Origin: Eledone cirrhosa
Taxonomy: Eukaryota
DNA length: 64,000 bases
Assembly: GCA_964016885.1 (NCBI GenBank)
Contig: OZ024742.1
Coordinates: 188,108,001-188,172,000, forward strand
Direction of reading: 5' to 3'
Below the pieces are notes generated by a model that was given only the letters and a program-made list of their open reading frames with translations, searched no databases and had not been told where the DNA came from. Both the position numbers and the translations under genes were made by a program. Positions 1 to 16,205 of this stretch are shown here, piece after piece (within the stretch, counting starts at the first letter, position 1; each line of letters starts with the position of its first letter).

Positions 1-299
1 GTCAGTGGAAAGAAAAAAAAAATAGGGGAAAAAATCTATTGATTTCACATTATGTCAATTAGAATTTGATGTATTGTTTCTAATTATCTTTTCTCTTTCT
101 ATTGTATTGGAGGGTAATTCATAACATAGTCAAACTCTCTGTTTACGCCCTGGACGTGATATGAAAGAATATCAATTACAACCAAATTTTGTCTTCATTT
201 TCCATGTATATAGTGAGTGTTTAATATATTTTATATATATTCGTTATATATTTATATATAGAATATCATATGTACACACACACATATATATTTTATATT

Positions 300-520
300 C
301 TAGTCGATCGACTTTCATCAAATCGGACCGAGGAAACTATGTTTCCGTTGGTCTTTCCAATTGCTAATACTATCTATCGGTCGCAACTCCAGGTAGAAGG
401 AGCAACGTGAAATAAAGTGTCTTGCTCAAGGACATAACGCATCGCCCGGACCAGGAATCGAACTCACAACCTCACGATTGTGAATCCAATACTCTAACCA
501 CTCAGCCACACGCCTTCACT
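300..520 (-). mobile_element. tRNA-derived SINE, family A, embedded in TA-rich repeat
   Basis: The reverse complement has A-box TGGCTGAGTGG, B-box GAGTTCGATTC, then TGTCCTTGAGCAAGACACTTTATTTCACGTTGCTCC. Homologous to 26040-26265 and 63430-63635. Confidence 0.85.
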
Positions 521-659
521 ATAAATATATATATATATATGAATTATATAGGTATATATACATATCTATAGAAATATATAATGTATATGTGTATATATAT
601 ATTTGCATATATATATGCATATTTATATAAAATATCACACACACACGCGCACATACAAA

Positions 660-754
<95 letters not shown>

Positions 755-1242
755 GTATATATATATATATCGCTACTAAACACAACCAGGGTGTGATTTT
801 GTTTTAAATCGCCTGGCATACTGTTATTTTCTAGGTGAAAATAAGAATATTAAGTTGATTGCTCTCTTCGTTTTCTTTTAAATCTAATTTGGAACTAGAC
901 GTATATATTTCCTACTCAATAGGTCACCCTACTTCTGCACTGAATAGATTAGCCAAAACCCTTCGGTGCGTTTTCTCCACTTGAACGTATGTTTGGAATT
1001 CTATCCTCTGCGTTGTACCTCTTCATAATAACCAACATATTTAACTGATTACATGAGACATGTCAGTGGAGTTGATTCCATGGAAAATAACAGCTACTTG
1101 GATTCTTAAATTGAGAATTATTTGCGATAAATCTTCATACAATTCTACTTGGAACCGATAAAACCTCTTTACAATGTTAAAAATATTTATATTAAAATTG
1201 AAATATCCCATTAGGGATTATAATCTAATATTAAGCAGCGAA

Positions 1243-1460
1243 GGACGATGGATTGGCAGAGCGTCGGACATCAAGCTGTGTGTAATAGAGTAACGGCCCT
1301 TTACGTTCTGAGTTCAAATACCACAGGAGTTAGCTTTGCCTTTCATCCTTACGGGATTGATATGATAAAGTACCAGTAGTGCACTGAAGTCGATTTAATC
1401 TACTTTCCCTTTCACCCTTTCACCCAAATTGTAAGCATTGATTCTAAAGCAGAAACTATT
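1243..1460 (+). mobile_element. SINE family B (octopus-type), diverged
   Basis: Core CTGAGTTCAAAT..TTTGCCTTTCATCCTTACGGG..GATAAAGTACCAGT; TSD-like TATTAAGCAG(C/T)GA on both sides. Confidence 0.8.
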
Positions 1461-2166
1461 ATTAAGCAGTGATTTCTTACATAATTATGTAAAAAAAAAC
1501 ATTGTTTCAACCCCCTGCTTAATAAATACGCTCAATGTTAGTTAAACTACTAGTATCACAGAATAATTTATTTATATTCAACACTAATTTTAAATCATAA
1601 CCGGTGTATTTCATGAGATATATGACAATTACTTATTAATCAAAATGGCTTCGGTTAAGTTTCAAAATGTATTGCACTTTGCAATACGGTAGGACACTTT
1701 CGAAAATGTGGTCCCTGATACAATCTACCTGATGAGATAAACAAAAACAAATTTCAACGTTGTATGGATTTCTAATCGTAGGTATATTATGTTACAGAAG
1801 TCCTAGGGTTGAACAAACAAGAACCGACTACTTACGAGTCGTATAACTTGTATCATTGTTTACCTCGCAATGGTTGCTTTGCATTCATTTTGCCTTTTCA
1901 AAATTTAGTTGAATCTACTTCAAATAAATCGTATCTGTTTTATAGTGAAGTTCGTCTTGCGAAATATGAATCACAATAGAAAGATATTTGATTTTTGTTG
2001 AACATATGTTGAACATATATGTAAAGTTTACAATACATTGAAATATCGCCTTAACAATAACTAGTTATCGTATATTTATACGCACGCACGCGCACACACA
2101 CATATATGTATATGTGTGTCTTTATGTATATATATATGTATATATGTTTGGTTATATGTATATGTA

Positions 2167-2229
<63 letters not shown>

Positions 2230-5200
2230 ATATATGTTTGTTTATATATGTGTATGTATGTCTATATATGTGTATAGATGTATGTCTATGTATGTGTATA
2301 TATGTGTATATATGTGTATATATGTGTATATATGTGTACACACACACGCGCGCGCGCAGAAGTAATGCAGATTATTTTACATAATGCAACTAATACACGT
2401 GTATTTAAATTTTACGTCAGCGTGGATTGTGGGTCTTATTATTATTATTGCTATTATTATTATTATTATTGATATTACTGTTGTTGTCGTTGATACTACT
2501 TCTAGTTTTGTTATTGCTAGTATTAATATTATAGCTGTCTTTGACAAACCTTCTTATACAGATTTGACATTTTATTTATTGTATTCTTTCATATTTAATC
2601 TCGTGTTTTATAAAGATCGCTTTTGCATTTTCATATTACTACCATCGATTATATACCCCTCACTCAACTACTACCTTTTCCTTGTTTATCATTCCATTTC
2701 ATATCCTGAATCCTATATATGATTAGTTAATGTTCTCGATTGTTCTTGACTGATGTTGCTGTGGAAATAGCTAAAGGTGTGTATGTTTGTTTCTTTATTG
2801 TTCAGTTTGTACTTCTTATTATATTATAGACGATAATGTTTACAACCGTTACCGTGATTATATTCCTTTCTTTTATTATATTATCTTGCCATCTCCTTCT
2901 CCTTTTCAAAGTTGCTATGTTAAATTTATTAATATTTCACCGTGACTAATACCTCTCACTCGATTCAATTAATTTTCGAAAATTAGTTCTATGCAAAGTA
3001 TATTAAGAAACGCTCTGAGTGAGCGAAAGGCGTACTATTGCTTTGCGATTAGCTAAAATGTTCGCACACTAAGTTTTCCCTACGAAGGATGCGTTTTATT
3101 TAAGTCAATTTCCCCATGGATTCAACGCTGCTAAAGTTACTCATCTCCCATATAGTTATATGGTGAGAATAACATTGGTGCTTTAACTATTTCCTATATC
3201 CGCCCATCATAGATTCGTTTGTCTCAATCACAAGCTGTCCATGAAATTCGATTTTGTATGTTCTCTTTAAATGCTATTCTTCTAATCATGTTTACTATTT
3301 TGTTCTCACGAGTGTTATTACATACGTTTACCAAATGTTCACTACCGTGGTCCACCTCTGAGATAATACCTTGCCCAATAGCACTAAACTATCCACCTGA
3401 ATAACAATCTAAATCTTTCATGAATATACGTAAAAAAATATATTTTAAAATGTAAACTCTCTTCACTAAGGGTAGATAACTATTTCTATCATTTTATTGA
3501 TTACTAAAATTAATGATCCCTATTTTCTCTTAAGGGATTCCTGTAATTAATATAACTTATTTTAAAGATGTATAAACGAAAGCTGTTTAAGGGACAGTAA
3601 GTGTATTATTGTGTATGAGGAGTCGTATTGGACGTTAGATCCCCAAATCCCTCCCTTTAATTACTTTCAAACTACAAGATCATTCCATGTTCAGTAATTG
3701 CGGAAGTACTCTTGGGTCTCGAATAACCATCCTCATCCCTTGGAAGGCGAATGTATATTGGAAACCGATCTCTCGAATATACTACCAGTAGACATTTTCA
3801 CGATGTATATACCTACAACAGGAATACGATATCACACATCTTCATAACGCAAAGATGATTCTCATATGATATCTATAGCAAACAATTTGTTAATATTTAT
3901 ATTATTACTGATAAATATATTGACAATCATAGGCATATTTATTAGAGATTTATGACAATATGTCATATTAATACTGATCCTAGGAGAACCAGCCACAAGA
4001 ATGAAGCGTCAGAATATGGGAATAATACGCTAAATTCAATGGCATAACCGAACCTCATTACATAATGATTTAGTTATATCGTTTAAATATTTTATCATCT
4101 AGAAGCATAGGGATAAAAATTGGGAAATGTTAATCGATAATAAAGACTACATTGACTGGTATAATCAATTTGACCATCTGCACGATAAACAGAAAACAGC
4201 ACCAGTATTATCAACACTATCATCAAAATTAATACTTCATCATTAACACCAGGATATGTATTATATTAAGGCTAACCACCCTCAGAATTCCTCCTGATAG
4301 ATTATATTCATCACTGCTAATATCACTAACGGCACTGACATGGCTGTTCAGTGTGTACATGGGTACCTGGTTATTCGTGTGTGTGTGTGTATATGTACAT
4401 GTATATGTGTGTGTGTATGTGTGTATGTAGGTATGCATGTATATATGTTTGTGTATGTTATATGTATGTGTGTGTGTGTGTATGTGTGTGTGTGTTTGCA
4501 AATGTGTATGCATATATATGATTATTTGAGTGTGTGAATAAACATATACTAATACATAGTTATTAATATTGTTGTTATGTGGTGGTTGATAATCAAAGTC
4601 ATTAGAGCGTCAGAGAACAACTTTCTATTAATTCTTCCGGCCGTAAACTTTCTTAGTTCAAATAAGTTTAGGGTCACTTGTGCCTTTCATCATACCTGAG
4701 CAGTAAAATAATGAACCCATTAAATTTTTAAGTTGATTTAATCGACTTTCCGCTTCCCACACAAAATGAATGAGTAATAGTAGTAGTTTTTGTTGGGGCT
4801 GTTGTAGTAGTAGTAATAATAGTAGAAATAGTAGTTATTATTCTTATTGATTTCATATATCATCACTATTCCATTTCCGAATATGGCCCTTAATTTTATA
4901 ATACATCTGGAAAAAGGCGTAAAGGAGATTTTCCCAAGCTTTATTAATCTCCAGAGTGTGCGACTCTTGACTGTGTCTCTATGTCTGTGTCTTCTCCTCA
5001 TCTCAGTTCAAACTTTGTGTATATATACATTTAAAACTGTTTATTAAATAACCCCCCCCCCCACCTTCGCATAGTTTTTGAGATACGAAATGCATTGCTG
5101 GCTTTTCCCGTTTCATAGGAGTTATGTGACTGAAGTTACACGACTGCCCCCTTGGTGGGTTGCCAGTATATCGCATGGCTGACACAGAGCTCCTACTTCT

Positions 5201-5879
5201 CCTCATTTTCGATCGTCTGTAATTGGAACCTTGTCTGTGAAATGCATGTCTTGCTCAAGGAAACGACGTGTTGCCCACACTCACTACCAAATTTACCACT
5301 GTATGATTATGCATCCAACATCCAAACCATTAACTCACAAACATTCACTTCAGTTTTATGAACCTTCGCTTAAGCAGTTGCCATCTTACTACATAGAATC
5401 TGATACATTGTTCAATTTCACTTGGGTATCTCGAAAGAAATTAAAGATTCCTTTCGTTTATAATGGATAATACTTCGGATTAAATCTTAGAGATTACCGA
5501 CAGTCAAGGGATGATATTTTAATGGATATTATGTCTTCATAAAAAATCATTAGTCTCCTTCCTGTCAGAAGACGTCTAGAAACTTACTCAGTGTTATTGA
5601 TGGTGTTGAAGTTCTCCGACATGTGGCTATGAAGTATGTTAAATGACAACTACCAAATACTATTAAATGTTGTCAATGTGAAAACATTTTTTTTTCAATT
5701 TCCGAAGTTGATTAAAGCAAGTCTCAAATCAAATGCTGCAATGCTTCGGGGAGATGACTTTTCAATCTCTATTGTTCTCAGAGCAGTCTTATGACTAGCT
5801 ATTATATTAAATCGATATCTAAAACGTTTCTAATTTATACTTAGTCGGTATTAGTGATTCCACTCTTAATATTTCGTAC

Positions 5880-6345
5880 CGCTCTGTAGAACTGTGCTGG
5901 TATCATTGCTTCTACAGAACGGTGATGGATTATTCCTACTGTAGAAATGTGAAGACCTGTTTCTTTTATAGAAATGTGATGGGTTCTTCGTTCTATATAA
6001 ATGTGAATCTCTAGAATTGTGATGGACTGTTCTTTCTGTTGAACGGTGAAATGGTGTTCGTTTTATAGAAATGTTAAGGGGTTTTTCATTTTATTGTAAT
6101 GTGAACCACTGTTCATGTAATAAACCCGTTACAGGTTGTTCGTTCTATTGAATTGTAAGGGGCTCTTTGTTTGATAGAAGTGTTAGGGGCTGACTGTGAG
6201 GGTGTATTCGTTTAATAGATCTATAAGGCTTTGTTGGTTTTATAGGACTGTGTGGTTTGTTCGTTCTATTCAACGGTGAGACTTGTTCATAATAAGGATC
6301 TGTTAGAAACGGTTCCTTCTGCAGAACTCTGAGTGTCAGTTAGTT
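5880..6345. repeat. Degenerate minisatellite, unit about 27 bp
   Basis: Recurrent TTC(G)TTCTATAGAA(A/C)TGTGA(T/A)GG motif at roughly 27-bp spacing. Confidence 0.7.
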
Positions 6346-7124
6346 TAATAGACCTGCGAAGTAGTTATTCCCATTCATTGTTTATAAAGATCCTTCTTTT
6401 TCTTCATCATGGTGATTCATTTTGGTTCTATATGAACAGCTTGATGATTAGGGAAAGTCTATCATATCGATCCGAATACGTGAGGGGTATTCTATTTTAT
6501 CGACCCTGGAAAGATGAAAGGATATGTTGAATTCGGCTAGATTTGAACACAGAACGCAATGATCCGGAAAAAATAATGCAAGTCTTTCGCAATGTTGCCA
6601 TTCCCTTGATACTTGATCTTTTTATTCTTCCGTTTTATAGTTTGTTTTCATTTGTTTAAAGGTATTTTAATAATTCGAGCCAATCTTATTTGTAATAATT
6701 AGATAGAGAGTGTACGTCAAAGCAAATTAAACTTTTCAAATGAGAAAAGGGATGGATTGCATTCTTCAACCAGACACTAGGTCCAGATTTTAGGAAGAAA
6801 GTGGACACTGCTAAAGTCCTCCTGTGTGCAGAAGGACAACGGTTTAAGTCTGGCGCAAAATTAACTAACAGAACGCAATAGGCCGGAATAAATAATCCAA
6901 GGTATCTTGTCCAAAGCTCTAAACATTTGGCCAATTTATAGCACAGGCCGTATGATTTATTCATCGACTACGAAATGATGAATTGCAAAGTTGAGGTCGA
7001 AAGAATTTAAAATCCAAAAGGGAGCGGGGAGCTGTATTAAGTACAGTTAACCATTTTGTCGTACGTTCTAACGTTAGCTCTTTTACTGTAATGATTATAT
7101 ATTTTATACAGGTATTACTAAGTT

Positions 7125-7490
7125 AACCTCGGCCTGAGTTCAAATTACGCCGAGGTTAAATGTGCCTTTCATCCTTACTGGGTCGATAACATAAAGCACC
7201 AGTAATGCACTGGAATAATTGCTGGCCTTGTGCCTAAAGTAGAAACAATTATATTATCCTTACTATTATTTTGACAAAGGGAGTTTGATTGCCATTATGG
7301 GTAGAGCTTCGGATATGTTTTGTAGCATAGAGTTACGCGTGTTTATTTCTGAATTCCAATACCGCCAATGTTAGCTTTGCCCTTTATGATTACGGGTCGA
7401 TAAAATAAAGCACTAATAACGCACTGGGGCGATTTAATTGATATTCCTTAACAATAAATTGATGGCCTTGTGCCTAAATCATCAACTATT
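7125..7490 (+). mobile_element. Two adjacent SINE family B copies (first 5'-truncated)
   Basis: Two copies of the GCCTTTCATCC..GGGTCGATAA..AAAGCACCAGT core and the TGCTGGCCTTGTGCCTAAA tail. Confidence 0.8.
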
Positions 7491-8220
7491 ATTTCGATAT
7501 TTTCCAGTAACTCATCGGCGGTGATTTTTGTGTACCGTTTTTGACGAGGGTGCTAATAGATCCGATCGACCCGTGTAATTGTTCTAAACTTGTACTTATT
7601 ATATTGATCTGGTTTTCTTTCGCCGTGTAGCTACTTTGCTTCTGGCAACACACACACACACAATAGGAATATACATATATAAGATAATTATGTATGCTTA
7701 TATATATATATGTGTGTGTGTTTGTGTGTTCTTCAAAATAGCATTGTTTCACAGCTCGTTGATATCATTGAAATAACTCTTTGAAATTCCAATACTTCTA
7801 TATCACAATGCCAATTACATTCCTATTCCTAGTATGTGTTCTCAACTAACCCCACACATATTTAATACCAAATATGAATCGATATCAGTAATAATATAAA
7901 AATGGGAATTTTGTAGAGAATGCTTCGTATGCGTTCTAAAGAAATATTTATATATTCGCTGTATGAAATAAAATTGTATAGAGTACCTAATTCTGTGATT
8001 AATCCACAGAATAATGTCTTATTTAGTATCAGACATGAAATAAAGTATTCAATAAGTCCTTTTGTTTGATATGTGTGGTCTCTTATTATTTTTTTGTTCA
8101 AATGTCATTATATAAAATCAGGACGGCAGATTGACAGAATAACAAGCTTTGCATTGGTTTGTTATGTTTTAAGGTCAGATCAATTGAATTCCCCTTTGCT
8201 CGTCATTATTTACGGACATC

Positions 8221-8410
8221 AAGGGCGGTGGATTGGCAGTGTCGGTAGAGGGTTTGACGCCATGCTTTCCAGCATAGTTACGTCCCTTTACGATCTGAGT
8301 TCAAATCCCGCCGAGGTTGACTTTGCCTTTCATCCTTACGGGGTCGATAAAATAAAGTACCAGTAATGCACTGGGTAATTGCTGGCCTTGTGCCTAAAGT
8401 AGAAACAATT
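8221..8410 (+). mobile_element. SINE family B, young full-length copy
   Basis: GGCGGTGGATTGGCAG head, CTGAGTTCAAATCCCGCCGAGG core, 16-bp TSD ATTATTTACGGACATC. Confidence 0.92.
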
Positions 8411-11400
8411 ATTTACGGACATCTTTCATTCTAAAATCTACAGCCAAAGTCTATAGACTAGATACACATCATTGAGGTTATGTTTCACCACTGAATACAC
8501 ATCTTACCATCAACAATGTTAGTAGCGCCTTACAGCACGTTGATATACTGTATAACTATTTTAAACTGGGGAACACCTAGTGTTCAATTTATATTATACG
8601 ATATTGGCCATAACAAATTGTAAGGGGAGAATAATAGCAATCTAACCAAAATATTCAGCAGTATCGTCATAGTTTCCCCTCTAAGGCGCATATCTGGGTA
8701 ATGCGATTTATGATGATCCAGCAGTGGTTGATACAAGCCAATCTTCCATTTACGCTACATCGATGTGGTCGAGGGGATAAGAAAATACTGATAGAGCTTG
8801 GAAGCAGTGTCATCGCAGGTGAACTTCTACATCTCTGGTCAAGACGCTCCTCTGTTACAGGCATAAACTTCAGCTGCTGCTGTTACCTGTGCGAAATGGG
8901 ACGATGTTAAAGAAATATCTAACAGAACGATGGCATGTGCCGCCCATTTGAAGAATCGAACTCTCGACCTTATGATCACCAGCCCATTATCCTACGCATT
9001 AGATCGCACAACTTCATTGCCATAATAACAATAATGTAAATAATAATAGCTGTAGCTATTCCAGGAAAATCATTCTTAAGTAGCAAATAATTTTATCAAT
9101 ATGGCTGTTCGGTTGTTGAATGAGTTGTAACGCTTTTAGACAAATAAAATGTTATTTTCTCCTTTGATTTCCTATTTTATTTTTCCACATTATCAGTCTT
9201 TGTTTCTATTCATAGATTTAAAAATAAATGCATTTCTTTTCGCCTATTAAGATTCCGAGCCAAACCATTATCGCATGTTCAAATGCAATTATCAATCTCA
9301 TAGTTACGATTCACAGATAACCTTTACTGTCACCTTTATGTCTAATATTAAACAAGAAGTAATAGCGGTAAAAGTTATGGGTATTTGACGCAAGGTTAGG
9401 AAGTTATAGCGGAAGATTAGAGTTAATTTAATCGTTTTCCAATGCAAGGATGAAAAGACAAATTGGGTCCAAGGGTGAGGATTTGAAACTAGAAAGTGAC
9501 GAAATCTAATAAAATAACATTAATATGTATATCTCATTTAGGCATAAGGGAAGCCATTTTGAGGGGAGAGAAAAATCGATTACATCGATCACCATATTTC
9601 ACAGGTACTTGATTTATCGGCCCTGGAATGATGGAAGGCAGCGTTAACCGAGGGTTTGAACTCAGTATCGTACAGACCCGCTAACGATTTTGTTAATCTA
9701 TTTCACACGACGTGAGACAATAATAGAATAATATTTGCAACGGATTTTGACATACGACCACAACTTTCGGAGACGTGAAACGGCAATTAAATTGCCCATT
9801 CCAGGTTGATAATTAAATATAACTTCAACAGATGAAGGACCAGGAGAAAATCCTCAAACATATTTTCCGACACCCTGCCGATTCTACCAATCCATTACAC
9901 TATGAATTTGTACTAATATATTCACAAAGGTAGAATGCAGTATACGTTTTGAAGTTAGTCGATTTGGAAATTCACATGCTTGTGGCATAATCAATCATTT
10001 ACACTTTAATTCACATGTTGGACGACCAATTGACTTGAACAACCGAATGTTATCGAAACTGATAAGGATACAACAATATAAGGTAACGCATCTAAATCTG
10101 TAGATATTGCTACCAATCTGCACCAACATCTATTGGTAGAAATGAGTGTTGATAGACGAGCTCGATTCTTCTATGTGACACAAGGATTGAACAGCATGAT
10201 ATCCAAACATAATGTCAATTTGTCTCATCTTCATATTCATAGAGGCGGCGAATTGACAGAGTCGTTAGAACATCGGGCAGAATATTTTGCGGTATCCGTT
10301 TCGGCTCTCTGCTCTCTGTATTTAAATCCAGCCGCGGACAACATTGCCTTTAATTCATTCGAGGTCAAAAAAATGCACCAGAATGTAGTGGGGTCCATTG
10401 TCCTCCATGTCTTTTTCTCCTTTCATTTCTCTTACTCTCTATCCTTCTCTGGATAGAAATCTGACGTATTCAGTCCTGGAGGAGATTGGGCTCCGCCTGG
10501 TTTAAAAATACACAAGAAACGCCGTATATCAATTCGGCGCCTCTACAACTCCCTTGCCACGCCATACTCAGAGAAACGACAAAATTCTAAAACTATAGAT
10601 TCCAATTTTCTGTTGGCCATTAAACATATCTAGGTCTTTGGTGAATCCTGAATCCTGTTTTTGTGTTGTTTTACTTTTGTCATAACATGTTTCCCAAATA
10701 TATTCTCCTAAAACATGTATAGAAATTCAAGCGTGGTTTTTATTAGCAGTCTTCATTCTTCCCACAAGGAAGAAAACCTGTTGCAATGTCTGATTCTTAA
10801 TTACATGAAAATATTTCTTGTTTGTTTTACTGCGTTTAGATATATTCAGGTTTGTATATATTCAATGTTTGTTCTTATTGGTTGTCTTCATTTCTTTCTC
10901 AAGTGAGGGAACTAGAGGAGAGAATATATTTAATTATCGTAATTAGTTTTAAAAAGACCGCTGTGTATGTTATACTTGCATGTGTTCATGTTTGTATAAT
11001 TTAATACGCGCTTGAAACTGTTTGGAAAATGCAGTAGCTATATTCGATAACGTCACAATATTATAAAATCAAATAGCAGGAATATGACGTAAATTACTTT
11101 ACAACAGATGACTGCGAAATTTCTTTCATTTGGCACTGAGAGCTAAATCAATTCATCAATTTAATGTATTGCTGTATTTTCTATACGTACATCCATTTTA
11201 AATTTCCTTGGATATAACTTTTCCTGTTTTTATCAATATAACGTCTTATATTTTGTATTTTGCATCCACGAACATTTAGATTTATTTGAACATTTAGATT
11301 TATTTTCCTATTTGTTTCTAATTATATTTGAGCTTACAATATTTCTTTTCAAACGATTTTCTTTTTCTTTTACGGGTGGTTTGTCAAATATCTATTGGAA

Positions 11401-11639
11401 TTATCATGGCGTGTCGAAGCTAAATCACTGACGTCTACTCGGCTGCCATATTGAAATCTGCACACGATCACAAAACCATTTGATGAAAACGTTCTTATGA
11501 GGAAATATTAAATTATTTCATCAAAACCAATGGACCAATAAACACAATGAATAAAACTTGATTGTGAATATTTTTTACAAGAATATATATTTATTGGATT
11601 CATTCTTAATCAAATTTTGATATCTTGTGTTCCTAAACA

Positions 11640-12330
<691 letters not shown>

Positions 12331-12755
12331 TACCTAATTATTCAGTGTTTCTGATGTCTTCAGAGATAATGCTATGGTCGAATGTAAAAGCTAATCTTTT
12401 GCATACATTTACGTGCATTTATTAAAATTTAGGATATGTTTTTGATATTCTAATTGCGAAAATTTATTCATTAATATACTGAATTATTAAAATATTTAGA
12501 TGGCTCACTGCATCATTATCCACACATATATACACGTGTATATGAGTGTGAGTATTAGTGAGTGTGAGTGTGTGTGTGTGTGTGTTATTATTATTAGTTC
12601 GGAGACTATCATCATCAAAATATATGTATTATTGATTCGTGAGGCTCTAGAAATATTTTGTCGTTGTTTGTAGTATTAAAATTCCCATTGGGGAGATATT
12701 TCCATTCTGATCATTATTTGTATTGGTTCCTGAGAGGGAGACACCCCCACCCCCA

Positions 12756-12806
<51 letters not shown>

Positions 12807-13592
12807 CCTATTATTTCAAACCTAATAAAGCGCTTTCGTTCGTCAATGTCTAGTTTTCAAACATTCAAAAGATATTTCTTATGACATATTCTATCAATTA
12901 TATGAATTTTTAAAGGAAATAGCAGATGATTCTCTGAAGAAATACGATATTGACGTCATCTATAAAACAGAGTAAAACCTAACGAAAAGAACTTCTTACA
13001 ACGACTAGCCCTGGAAAATTAGCTTTATTTACGCCTATTTAATATTTTAATAAATAATCTACGTGGCATTTTTATCCATTATGGGGGGAGATGGTTGCGA
13101 CGAGGATAGTTTCAGTTTCATTACTCTACAAAATATTCAGTTCATGCACATATATTTCAGTTGGCTTAGCATTTGTTTACCTAATTGTTAGATGCAGTAT
13201 TATACAATGTGCAACAAGGCTTGACATATTTCCAAATAATTTCTGTCTACATCATTCCACTCACAAGGCGTGGAAAGATCCAAGGCTACATACCACGCAG
13301 TGGCATCGTATCGGAGACATTTTGATTACGAAACTGACTTGTTATACATTCGATCATGGCGCGTGCAAACACACACACACGCATATGTAAGTATTATCTA
13401 GACACACATTTAGATATAAATGTATTTGTGTGTATATATATATATATATATATAGATATATATTAGAAGTCGTGTTTAAAATGGCATAATATCTAAAATG
13501 CACAAAACAAAATCTTAACCAATACGTGTTTGAAGAGAGTGTATATACTATACATTCTCAGTAGAAATCTATCAATGACTTCGACGTTTCAG

Positions 13593-13661
<69 letters not shown>

Positions 13662-13662
13662 T

Positions 13663-13885
13663 ATAGGAACGAGTAGGACCCCGACGGATGAGCTCAAGCC
13701 GTTTCGACGGCTAATTCTGGACAAAAAAAAAAATTCTGGACTAAAAGGTCAAGAATTAGCCGTCGAAACGGCTTGAGCTCAGCCGTCGGGGTCCTACTCG
13801 TTCCTATTACCCACTCTTCATCCCTATGTATTGAGTACTTTGGTGCGTTATGGTCCATCTGGTTCCATACCACATTTCCTTCGTT
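13663..13885 (+). mobile_element. Short PLE-like terminal fragment with 60-bp inverted repeat, in (TA)n
   Basis: Arms 13663-13722 and 13748-13807 (2 mismatches in 60); GTCGAAACGG in the right arm; 3' ATTGAGTAC hairpin; (TA)n on both sides. Confidence 0.7.
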
Positions 13886-14155
13886 ATATATATATATATA
13901 TATATGTACACTAACTTAAATTATCATATGATATATATAATATGTATGATAAATAAGTTTCTCAGTAAAATACTCGATGGACGCCTGTCCAGATAATCAA
14001 TAATTCAAATGTAAAAGCACAATATATGTATACGTCATTGGAGAAACACATAGGATTATGTATACACACACATAAATCTATATATATAAAGCATATCATA
14101 TTTAAGAAACATTATATACGTTAAAGTAGAAAAATCATATATATCTATATATAAA

Positions 14156-14875
14156 GCGGGTAGAATTCTAGAGATCCATCGACGAGTTCTCTCCAGCGGT
14201 CTCTGGCTTTCATCATGGCCATGCCCTGCAGCTTCCAGAGACCAGTGTCTGTTCTTAGGGTATCAATATATGTCATTCTTGGCCTCCCTTCTAGTGTGAC
14301 AGTGTAGAGACTCTCTCAGCAGCACTGAGTGCAGTGTCAACTCTGAATGTCGGTGTGCATATCCAGCTAACCTGATTTTTCTCTATGTTACTTTCGAGCT
14401 GACCTTTTGGTGGCCCACGTATAGCTCTGAGTACTCCATCTTCAGTGTATATTGATTAATGTTTAGAGCCATCCTCCGCATTCTTGTGTATCACCTATCC
14501 ACCATCTGAGCGAGTTTTTGGTAAGTGTCCAAGTCTCAGACCCGTACAGCAGCACAGCCTCCCCTGGAGCAACGGAGGTCTTTACGAAGGTTCGACTTCC
14601 ACACCGATCTCAAACTGTGCCACACTGCCCAGCTTTTGCTCTTCCTCTCAACCATATCATCCTCTATGTTCCCAATCTTTACTCCCAGATACAGGAAGTC
14701 CTCAACCATATCTAGCGGCTTCCCACCAACATTCATAATCTTTTCTGGCTTCTTAATGTTCTCTAGCAGATACTTCGTCTTAATCTCATTCATTCTCAGC
14801 CCCACACTCATCGACACAGTCTCCACCTCCTGTATCAACTGCTCTACCTCCTTCAATGTGTTTCTTGTCAGCACA
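14156..14875 (-). mobile_element. RTE-clade LINE, 3' fragment (RT C-terminal part)
   Basis: Translates to EVEQLIQEVETVSMSVGLRMNEIKTKY...VEDFLYLG...AVWHSLRSVWKS; homologous to 16929-17700; 3' end abuts a TA tract. Confidence 0.9.
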
Positions 14876-15995
14876 TTCAGTATCTGATATCTCTTTTAGA
14901 CTTAACTCTCCTGCTCCTCTGAAGAGATCATACACACAAACGCACACACGCACACGCACACACACACGCACACACGCATATAACCCCCCCCCCCACCTCA
15001 CATGCACACACACGCGTGGGGGTATATATATATATATATATAATAAGTTGACGGAACTAGGATGGGTTTCACTGCTAGGACCGGTTACATCTCAGTGTAC
15101 TCAATAGGTAATGTTAAATAAACTCCCAGAGCAGACACATAGTTATTCGCTTCAATACAATGCACGTAAATGGGTACATTCACTTATTCCCCCCCCCACA
15201 CACACACACACCGACACACACACACAATCCACCCACCGCCACACACACACACACACATATATACTATGACAGCCAATAAGGCTGGTACACATTCTGGAAA
15301 TGTGCTTCTTGGCGCACTCATTGTCGTCCCTTACGCTTTTCATCACGAACCAACATTTGTCAACAACATACAGACTGATGGATGTTTAATGTCTAAGTGA
15401 ATGATCTCGTACTAAATTAAGATAACTCTTTTTGTGACAATATATTTGAGTCACGCTACACCTAAGTTGGCGTGATTCTTAGTTTTTGATAGTGATTTAC
15501 CGTATATTGTTATATTCATGATTTTTTTAAAATATTGACTGGATTTACAAATTTGACTAAGATATTTTTATATGCGGAAAGAAACACTAAATACACTCAA
15601 GCAGTATATAATTATTTCATCATAAATATCGTTGAATACTCTATTGTATTCTTGGTATTATTATCATGCATCTCGTACAAGATATTTTTACTTTGGAATG
15701 TTTTTCTGTCTCCCACGTATTTTTCTATTTGTATGTCTAATTCTATGTCTTATATTAATCCTTTGCTATCTCTCTTTATAAGTCTATTTGTGTGACTTAA
15801 TTCAGTCCATTGCTATCTATCTAAATATGTCTTTTCATTTGTCTATTTTCTTATGATAACTCCTTTTCTTTCCGCTTAATAATTCCATATAAAAACATTT
15901 TCTCAATCTTTTCAGCTCCCATTCCCACTGCATCAACTTATTTGTCATATTCCAATATACCAATATACATAATGACACACGCATACACCCACACC

Positions 15996-16037
<42 letters not shown>

Positions 16038-16099
16038 CAATACATATATATACATACAATACATATATATACATATATATATATTTATATATATATTTA

Positions 16100-16205
<106 letters not shown>

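Noticed and set aside
10455-10580. Remnant resembling a CRE/RLE-type LINE C-terminus (also about 20480-20560)
   Set aside because: Only a faint, frameshifted resemblance; needs a profile search.
12337-12370. Possible hammerhead on minus (CTGAAGA CATCA GAAA CAC TG)
   Set aside because: No stem II, and G at the cleavage position.
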